Part shown: positions 57,777 to 64,000 of the stretch, piece after piece
How the letters are laid out: each line of letters opens with the position of its first letter
Position numbering within the stretch: the first letter of the stretch is position 1
Virus record (IMG/VR): IMGVR_UViG_3300036845_000049
Coordinates: 1,816-65,815 of that record
Length of the DNA stretch: 64,000 bases
DNA from: a virus
Lineage: Duplodnaviria > Caudoviricetes
Direction: 5' to 3' (one strand)
Position numbers and translations under genes: made by a program
The notes under the pieces: model-generated
Told to the model about the DNA's origin: nothing
Seen by the model: only the letters and a program-made list of their open reading frames with translations
The model's database searches: none

Positions 57777-58292
57777 CTAAGTACCCGATGACGATGCCGG
57801 TGGTGATCCAGAAGGTGCCGCTGCTGGGGCCACTGCTTCCGCCGTCTGAGGGGAGTTCGGGCCTTTGTGGTAACGCTTCTCTGGCGTTCCGCTCTTTCTG
57901 TCGCTGCCAACACTCGGAAAGCCCTTCGCCATCGTGTTCAGCTTTGGGTCCGTGGGGTCCATTGGAACCGCTGCCGTCGTCGGGTCCAAAGGGGTTCGGT
58001 GCACACCCGAAGTGGTGGTCAACCCCGGCTCTGCATCCGCCAAGGGCTGTTCCACCGCAGGGCTGGCGCGGGTAGCGTCACCGCCGAGTGCAAGGATTTT
58101 GTCCCGCGTCTCGTCGTCAACGATACCCGCCGTCGAGCGGGCATAGATCAGGTCATCTGCCGCCTTGTCAGCCGCAGCCTGATCCTTCATCCGTTGCTGA
58201 TACCGATCCTTGGCCGTAGGGGCTCCTGACGGTGCCGCTGGCGGCGCGGTCGTTCCGTCTCCACTCGTCGTTGGTACTGGTGCTGTAGCCAT
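57777..58292 (-). CDS. Hypothetical low-complexity protein
   Basis: AGGAG RBS; Pro/Thr/Ala-rich. Confidence 0.65.
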   Translation of the reverse strand: MATAPVPTTSGDGTTAPPAAPSGAPTAKDRYQQRMKDQAAADKAADDLIYARSTAGIVDDETRDKILALGGDATRASPAVEQPLADAEPGLTTTSGVHRTPLDPTTAAVPMDPTDPKLNTMAKGFPSVGSDRKSGTPEKRYHKGPNSPQTAEAVAPAAAPSGSPPASSSGT

Positions 58293-58297
58293 TGTAT

Positions 58298-58654
58298 CTA
58301 CTCCTGCGGCCCTTTGTCCTTTCCGCCAGCGGGTGGGCCATTCCCGTTAGACGAACTATCGCGCCCTATCCAGTGGGCGATGACTGCGCCAAAGGCGGCG
58401 ACTAATCCCCCAATCACGCCTGACGTTATCTCGTCATTAGGGATAGTGAAAAACATACAGAACGTAACCACACCGATGAACGCCAGCACGATCAACAGCG
58501 ATATCGTCAGTACACCCCCAGTATGATCAAACTTGCTTGATATGATAAGCAGAACGGTTATAAAAACAATGCCGACCCCAATACCAATCGTCGCCGGATA
58601 GTCTAACAATTTTGGGGTAAGAGGGAGGACGACAATATCATGTGCGTCGGTCAA
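58298..58654 (-). CDS. Putative holin (3 TM)
   Basis: Three hydrophobic segments; near endolysin. Confidence 0.6.
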   Translation of the reverse strand: MTDAHDIVVLPLTPKLLDYPATIGIGVGIVFITVLLIISSKFDHTGGVLTISLLIVLAFIGVVTFCMFFTIPNDEITSGVIGGLVAAFGAVIAHWIGRDSSSNGNGPPAGGKDKGPQE

Positions 58655-58875
58655 TATTTTTCCCCATCATTGAACTTACTCAGCACAGCCGCGCATGTTT
58701 CCATCACACCTATAAACTTGCCGTTTGAAGTATCGACAACGCAATGAACATCATTGTCCACATGACCCTCGTACAGAGGGGGGCGCAAACTGATGATTTT
58801 ATGTGGGTTAACATCGACGGTTTGCCCTCCCGGCAAGGTGAGGACCAATAGACCAGCCGCCATCCATTGTCTCAT
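58651..58875 (-). CDS. FlbD-like small protein
   Basis: LT..G..V.VNP..I...NG....V.E pattern. Confidence 0.45.
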   Translation of the reverse strand: MRQWMAAGLLVLTLPGGQTVDVNPHKIISLRPPLYEGHVDNDVHCVVDTSNGKFIGVMETCAAVLSKFNDGEKY

Positions 58876-58882
58876 TTCCTTT

Positions 58883-59602
58883 TCATTCCGTCCCGTCGTA
58901 GACCACTATTCCATTAACTGAGACAACAACTGTCCCCGTTGCTGTAATATCTACTCGTCCCGACATTTCTGGTAGCGGGTCGGGCGGTGGCGGCGCAGGC
59001 TCTGACGTTTTGACCAGCGCAGGCTTAAACTTGTTATAGTACCCAGCGATGGTGCTTGCCTGATCAGTGCCGTTGACGGTGCGCCGTGCGTTAACTGCGT
59101 CCTCGGTGGTAGAATTGAAGTATTTGGGCAGGCCCACCCCGGTGAACCACCCCACCGTCATGCCGTCATACATCACCAGCGCCGATGGCTCGTTCTCTAG
59201 CATCTTGTCTGGATACTGATACAGCGGGACATCGAGGCCATAATCTTTCTTAAGTTGATCTTGGCCCATCTGGTAGTTGGTGTCCCACGTCAGTTGAACG
59301 TGGCCGCGCCCATAATACACGTTATTATAGGGGCCGGTAGCCGTCCAATACTTACCCGGTGGGTTACCATACGGCTTGCCGCCGTTCTCTTTTACCGGAA
59401 CCATCTTCTGGCCGGTTTCATGGTACGCAGTGGCGAAGCAATAGGCAAGCCAATTCGTGCCGTCGCGCGGGTTAGGCTGCTCGAAATATTTCTCCCAAAC
59501 GTCAAGCATATAGTTCATGCCATCCACTTGGGACTGACTAAGCGTACCGCCGAACAGGGATGACCGGACGGCAGGGAAGAATTTGTCGCGATCATATGGC
59601 AT
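58883..59602 (-). CDS. Endolysin, glycoside hydrolase family 19-like
   Basis: LAY..AT.YHET, YYGRG.VQLT...NY, ARR.VNG. Confidence 0.85.
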   Translation of the reverse strand: MPYDRDKFFPAVRSSLFGGTLSQSQVDGMNYMLDVWEKYFEQPNPRDGTNWLAYCFATAYHETGQKMVPVKENGGKPYGNPPGKYWTATGPYNNVYYGRGHVQLTWDTNYQMGQDQLKKDYGLDVPLYQYPDKMLENEPSALVMYDGMTVGWFTGVGLPKYFNSTTEDAVNARRTVNGTDQASTIAGYYNKFKPALVKTSEPAPPPPDPLPEMSGRVDITATGTVVVSVNGIVVYDGTE

Positions 59603-59672
59603 GACTTACAACCTTACAGTTACCCTTAGAGTAAACGGCGGGAGTCGCCCCCCGCCGCGTGTCACTTACTTA

Positions 59673-60203
59673 TTAGGACGAAGCAGCCGCAGAAGGCGTC
59701 GGAACCGGCGCTTCGGGGGTGATGACGCCAACCGTCACCCAACCCGTAGCCTGCGACCATCCCGATTTCCACTCGACCTTGCTGGTATCCTCCGGTGGTT
59801 CAACCGGGGGACCATTCGGCGGGAAGTAGATCGGCGGCATAATGCTGGGGGGCAACGAACCGGGACCACCCGAGATATGGCCGGGAGGACGGCCACCCGG
59901 AAGCGTATTATCGATCCAGTTCGGAGGTCCGCCCCAGATGCCCGGAGGCTGGCCCGGAAGCGTGTTATCAATCCAGTTCGGAGGCTGACCGCCCCAGATG
60001 CCGGGAGGCTGACCACCCGGCGCGATGGGATGACCGGGATGGGGAAGTGGAGCGCCACCCCAGATACCCGGAGGCTGGCCGGGTCCACCACCGCCCCCAC
60101 CACCGGGCGGATAGGGCTGGCCACCGCCGCCCCAAGTGGGGGGCATACCCCCACCAGCTATATCGACTTCAAGAAACCCGCCTGTAACTTTCACTATCGT
60201 CAT
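59673..60203 (-). CDS. Pro/Gly-rich repeat protein
   Basis: GGAGG RBS; GQPPGIWGG x3, PPNWIDNTLPG x2. Confidence 0.75.
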   Translation of the reverse strand: MTIVKVTGGFLEVDIAGGGMPPTWGGGGQPYPPGGGGGGGPGQPPGIWGGAPLPHPGHPIAPGGQPPGIWGGQPPNWIDNTLPGQPPGIWGGPPNWIDNTLPGGRPPGHISGGPGSLPPSIMPPIYFPPNGPPVEPPEDTSKVEWKSGWSQATGWVTVGVITPEAPVPTPSAAASS

Positions 60204-60275
60204 TACAACTTCCTCCGTGCTAGACCGCCCATTGCGATCATAGAACCTATACCACACAATTATGACACTATCAAC

Positions 60276-60476
60276 TCACCACCGACGCCATCCGTGTTTT
60301 TTAGCTGGCGTTGTCGGTTCACTGATCGGCTTTATTGGGCCACCCTTCTCATGCTTCTGCGCCTGATCGGCAGCGAAAAAGTCCTTGCCGACACTCTGTG
60401 ACACTCCCCCAAAGCCACCCTTGGTGTGCGCGGCTGCGGCCATAAGTCTCTTTTGGGCTGGTGACGTGCTAGGCAT
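60276..60476 (-). CDS. Small conserved phage protein
   Basis: MPSTS.AQ.R.MAAAAH...V.QSV.K.F..AD motif. Confidence 0.75.
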   Translation of the reverse strand: MPSTSPAQKRLMAAAAHTKGGFGGVSQSVGKDFFAADQAQKHEKGGPIKPISEPTTPAKKHGWRRW

Positions 60477-60655
60477 TAGAGACGCCCCAACAGCACAAGC
60501 ACAAGGATGATGACTAGGATTAGGCCAATACCACCTACGCCATAGTGGCCTGCACCATAGCCGTAGCCCCAGTATGGCACCGCTGAACCGCCGCCTAGGC
60601 CACCCACCAAAACGAGGACTAGGATAACGACCAGAACAATACCGAGTATAGACAT
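60476..60655 (-). CDS. DUF3309-like small membrane protein (59 aa; not in ORF track)
   Basis: MSILGIVLVVILVLVLVGG..WGYG..GGIGLILVIILVLVLLGRL. Confidence 0.7.
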   Translation of the reverse strand: MSILGIVLVVILVLVLVGGLGGGSAVPYWGYGYGAGHYGVGGIGLILVIILVLVLLGRL

Positions 60656-60676
60656 TGTACCTTACTCCATGGGTAA

Positions 60677-60955
60677 CTATTTATCAATAGGCACTGAGTA
60701 GCCTTTTTGCCCTTTTCTCCATGAGCGGTTTTTATGCACGCTCTCCACACGAGAGTTACCCATAGAGTTACCCCCGCCCCCAGCCAATGGGTTGATATGC
60801 GCCACGTCGCCCGTTGGGGAGTGGCCTAACCGCTTAGTTGTCTGCGCACGCAATTGATTGCGTTCCTCACGGTGCTTGATCTGCTCGGGCGTGTCTTCGT
60901 AGCGTTCCTCTTTCTTGTAGTCGCGACGTTGAGGGGGGTTGCTACTGGTAGACAT
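60677..60955 (-). CDS. Small HNH-like protein
   Basis: RDYKKE...RN..R...DVAHINPL..GG.N...N.R......NRS. Confidence 0.65.
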   Translation of the reverse strand: MSTSSNPPQRRDYKKEERYEDTPEQIKHREERNQLRAQTTKRLGHSPTGDVAHINPLAGGGGNSMGNSRVESVHKNRSWRKGQKGYSVPIDK

Positions 60956-63900
60956 TGTATTCCTCCGCGTTGGCGCGCTGCCGTGGCGTCATTGGCTTAC
61001 TAGCCCTACCAGCCTGCCTAGCTTTGAGGATATGCCCTGCCGTGATACGGTTCTGTGGGTGGGCGAGGTTCCATCTATTCGCCGCCGCCCGGTCCCCCTG
61101 CCCCGCCGCCGCGATGGCTTGCTTACGTTCGGCGCTATCCTCCTTGATCAGCCCAGTCTCTTTGTTGTACAGCGCCTCGCGCGTCGGCGTGCCGCCCGCC
61201 GCCTTAATGAACGTCTCATAGGGATCAAGTGGCGTCATGTCGGGTTGCCCGTGCTGACCCGGCTTGCCACTCTCATTTTCTGCATACGCCTTGGCTATAT
61301 CGGAGAACAACCTGATCGGGATAACACTGGGTATGCCATGCTTGTAATCACCCTTGAGTATGCTGTTGACGCCATCCCATTCGTCCTTGACGTAGCCCGT
61401 CCCAGAACCAACCATATCAAACAGGAAGTCTTTTGGCGACTGCAACGCTTGGTTCTTAACCATCAAGTCGTTCAACCCAATGCGCGAACTGGCGCTCAGC
61501 CCTGCCGCGCCAAGAATGCCATCCATAACCAAATGACCACCGAACTTACCCATAGAGTTAGTCGTCGCCCTGCGCGCCGCATCCTCATATTCATCCCAGC
61601 TACGGGTCAACCCAAGAGCATGGGACATCTCAACTGCCAGCCGTATAGGCTCTGGCACGCCAGACGCCACCCCTGCTAGCGCCGCCGTGGTGCCCATGGT
61701 GGACACGAGCGATATGATGGCAGCGCGCTGAATTTCCGGTGTCTCCCCCCTGATCGCGTTGTATACATTCTTCGCCAGCAACCGGTATATCATCATGGGC
61801 ACCGCACGGAACTGCATCGCTGCCCGTACAACAGGGTTCTTTAAGAACGATGCACGGTTACTCGCAGAGTAAATGCCCAATGTCGGGCTAACTGTATCCT
61901 TCGCATAACGCACCGCTTGCGCATGATGTGCGACACTCTGCGCAAGCGTTTGAGGCTTGCCCATCTTCGCGCGCTCTAAATCGTACGCCGACATATAGGT
62001 GGCCACACGATTGGTACTGTCGACCGCGTGGCTCATCTCATTGCCGATGTTCTGTAGATACTGAGTGGCGCGATCCACCATGCCAGTGCGGTCGAAGCTC
62101 TTCCGGTAGTCCGTGATAATCGAACCTAGATGAGGAGTTTCCCTGCCACTATCGAAAGCTTTAAGCTGGTCAGTCGTAGCTCCGTTTTTAACCAAGCTGT
62201 CCCGTATACTCGACAAGAGATCGGTTGGCACATGAGCGTCGCTCTTGAGCGCACCTAACATTCCCTTAACGCCTCTACCCAACGTCTTGCCAGCGCCCAT
62301 ATTACTTAGCGTCTTGAGATAGGCAGCATGTGATTGAGCGAACCCATGTCGCCCTGCAAGCTGTGGGATCGAATACAGATATGGATGCGTCAAATCCAGC
62401 GCATAATGAATAGGTGCCATCATATCCTTCACGTATGCGAGCGCTGTAATTCGCTGCAAGAATGGCGACATCTGCCCGGTGAACCCCTCCTTGCCGAAAT
62501 GCAGCGCTCTATCCTCCATCTCACGCACCAGCACGCCACGCTTGGGTGTGTTCGCGTCCTGTACCTTGCGCGTTATATCGCGCATCTCGCCAAACGCCTT
62601 GTCGATATCCGGCATAGTCTTAGACCGCGCCTGACTTCTGGCGCTGTTGGCGAGGTAGTCATGCACAGCCAACACCGGGTCAGCGTTAGCCCCACCCACC
62701 CGATTGCTCTTAAGTAAGCCGCTGTTTATGCGATTACCCTTCATCAACCCCAGCGAAGCTTGCTCGTTGGCTTCCTTAAGCGCAGCCTTCTGATCGTTAC
62801 TCAGATGGGTAAGTGCATCTATAGCGTGTTCCTGCGCCCGCAGCGTGCCAGAGTGCAGGCCATAGTCGAGACTAGCATTCTTCTCTCGTAACATAGGCTC
62901 AGTTGGATCAAGTCCCATCTGCCTAAGCGCATCGCCCAACTTCCTGCCTTCGTAAACATCATTAACCCCATAGGAAGCCTTAGTCTGCACCGTCACCTTG
63001 TACTGTTCACCCTGCCCCGGCTTCTGCTCGGTGCTGGTCGGCTCAGTGACTTTCTCCATGCGAGACGGCAGGGATTTATCTACCAACTCCTGCCGATAGT
63101 CGTAGGCGTCCTGCTTGTTGGCGAACGTAACCTCCTTGTCCTTCACAGACACAGCCTTGGGGGCCTTAGGTAGCTCATGCTCTGCGTTCACCACGTAGTC
63201 GCCTTTGCGCGAGCCGGGGAAGTAGGGGCCTTCTTGTTTCAGCATTCCACGCAGGTCCCGAAGCATCTTAATGTGCGGGTCTTCGTTGAACTTGTCGGCC
63301 TCGTCGCCCTCTAGCTTGTCGCCGTCCAATACCTTAGTCACTGCGTTGTAACGCTCAACCTGCTTAATCTCGGACGGCGTGCGGTTCGCTTCTGTCGTCC
63401 TAAGCGCTTCCTGTAGACTTTCGTTATTGTCGAAATTCTCACGCAGCCCGTTGGAGAATGTTTCAATGCCAGCCTTAACGCTCTTGTGTCCTTCCTCCAT
63501 CAGCGCGTCACGCAGGTCACTGAACAACGAGCGTTCTTCCTCGGTCGATCTATTAAAGTCATCAGACAGACGCGGGTGCGCTAGAATGCCCTCATGGTTC
63601 TCAGCGTTGGCGTTCACACCAAACTTGCCTTTACGGTCTGGCTTGATATGATCATTGCGTCCAGCCCCTAACGCTTCGTCAGGATGCACATTGAAGTTGG
63701 CGCTCTCACTCAACAGAGTGACCAATCTATCTAACCCGTCAGGGTTAGTGCGCTTCATGTTCATCATGCGTTGCATCAAGGGATCGTGCGCTTGGAGTGC
63801 ATTCTGGATCATCTTCTCTTGCTTAAGCAACCCCTCCTGCGCACGGCGCATAGGGTTTGCCTCGGTCTTGTCACCAAACATATGCTCGTTGTCTATGCGT

Positions 63901-64000
63901 AACGCATCCGTCGCGGAGGCTTTGGCTTTCGCGTTAAACCATTTCTGTTCTGAGTTGGTCCTAACTGCTTGAGCAGCGTCACTGTTCCAGAACGATGACG
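60942..64000 (-). CDS. Giant virion protein, C-terminal part (open at right end)
   Basis: Frame of the 979-aa ORF stays open upstream of 63881 to the window edge; PYFP..R.G motif and helical C-terminus as in large phage polyvalent/ejection proteins. Confidence 0.8.
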   Translation of the reverse strand, partial: SSFWNSDAAQAVRTNSEQKWFNAKAKASATDALRIDNEHMFGDKTEANPMRRAQEGLLKQEKMIQNALQAHDPLMQRMMNMKRTNPDGLDRLVTLLSESANFNVHPDEALGAGRNDHIKPDRKGKFGVNANAENHEGILAHPRLSDDFNRSTEEERSLFSDLRDALMEEGHKSVKAGIETFSNGLRENFDNNESLQEALRTTEANRTPSEIKQVERYNAVTKVLDGDKLEGDEADKFNEDPHIKMLRDLRGMLKQEGPYFPGSRKGDYVVNAEHELPKAPKAVSVKDKEVTFANKQDAYDYRQELVDKSLPSRMEKVTEPTSTEQKPGQGEQYKVTVQTKASYGVNDVYEGRKLGDALRQMGLDPTEPMLREKNASLDYGLHSGTLRAQEHAIDALTHLSNDQKAALKEANEQASLGLMKGNRINSGLLKSNRVGGANADPVLAVHDYLANSARSQARSKTMPDIDKAFGEMRDITRKVQDANTPKRGVLVREMEDRALHFGKEGFTGQMSPFLQRITALAYVKDMMAPIHYALDLTHPYLYSIPQLAGRHGFAQSHAAYLKTLSNMGAGKTLGRGVKGMLGALKSDAHVPTDLLSSIRDSLVKNGATTDQLKAFDSGRETPHLGSIITDYRKSFDRTGMVDRATQYLQNIGNEMSHAVDSTNRVATYMSAYDLERAKMGKPQTLAQSVAHHAQAVRYAKDTVSPTLGIYSASNRASFLKNPVVRAAMQFRAVPMMIYRLLAKNVYNAIRGETPEIQRAAIISLVSTMGTTAALAGVASGVPEPIRLAVEMSHALGLTRSWDEYEDAARRATTNSMGKFGGHLVMDGILGAAGLSASSRIGLNDLMVKNQALQSPKDFLFDMVGSGTGYVKDEWDGVNSILKGDYKHGIPSVIPIRLFSDIAKAYAENESGKPGQHGQPDMTPLDPYETFIKAAGGTPTREALYNKETGLIKEDSAERKQAIAAAGQGDRAAANRWNLAHPQNRITAGHILKARQAGRASKPMTPRQRANAEEYNVYQ

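Larger units (their letters stand above)
749..62812. repeat. Dispersed palindromic motif family TTACYC-N3(4)-GRGTAA (~75 copies)
   Basis: Read directly, e.g. 1455 ttaccctcggggtaa, 10119 ttactccgtgggtaa, 28618 ttaccctcagggtaa, 31968 ttacccctagggtaa, 36716 ttacccattgggtaa, 50890 ttacccgcagggtaa. Confidence 0.97.

Noticed and set aside
749-62812. Palindrome family as a CRISPR array or REP/IS ends
   Set aside because: Copies are only 15-16 bp, hundreds of bases apart and often inside CDSs; no cas operon or transposase is seen
749-62812. Palindrome as rho-independent terminators or RNA hairpins
   Set aside because: Mostly 3-nt loops, no U-tracts, and C-A mismatches occur on the transcribed strand about as often as G-U wobbles; only the GCAA copy at 32376 may double as an RNA stem
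1-64000. Alternative genetic code, tRNA genes, integrase
   Set aside because: Genes are long and intact in the standard code with all three stops used; no cloverleaf with T-loop consensus or recombinase motif was recognised by eye

Overview
This looks like a near-complete, circularly permuted genome of a tailed dsDNA phage with podovirus-like architecture. An alphaproteobacterial host is plausible but is inference only. The minus-strand late arm (1-31.7 kb and 57.8-64 kb) carries the terminase, portal, scaffold, P22-type major capsid, tail, fibre and ejection proteins, and the lysis genes. The plus-strand early/replication arm (32.9-57.7 kb) carries an AAA ATPase + vWA/metallopeptidase pair, HTH proteins, a family A DNA polymerase, PD-(D/E)XK and VRR-NUC nucleases, an SNF2 helicase, an SSB-like protein, a primase/DUF927 helicase and a cluster of secreted proteins. 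A giant virion gene runs off both window ends. No integrase, tRNA, CRISPR array or reverse transcriptase was seen. The standout unexplained signal is a 15-16 bp palindrome, TTACYC-N3/4-GRGTAA, found about 75 times by eye across the genome; about half the copies sit at gene junctions or promoters and half inside CDSs. Also notable are a ~480-nt structured ncRNA candidate, two smaller structured RNAs, a 35-bp repeat in three copies, an unannotated secreted 4-Cys micro-peptide, a secreted Gly/Ala-rich operon and a minimal Tad2/DUF2829-like gene. All protein family calls are by-eye motif recognition, not database searches.
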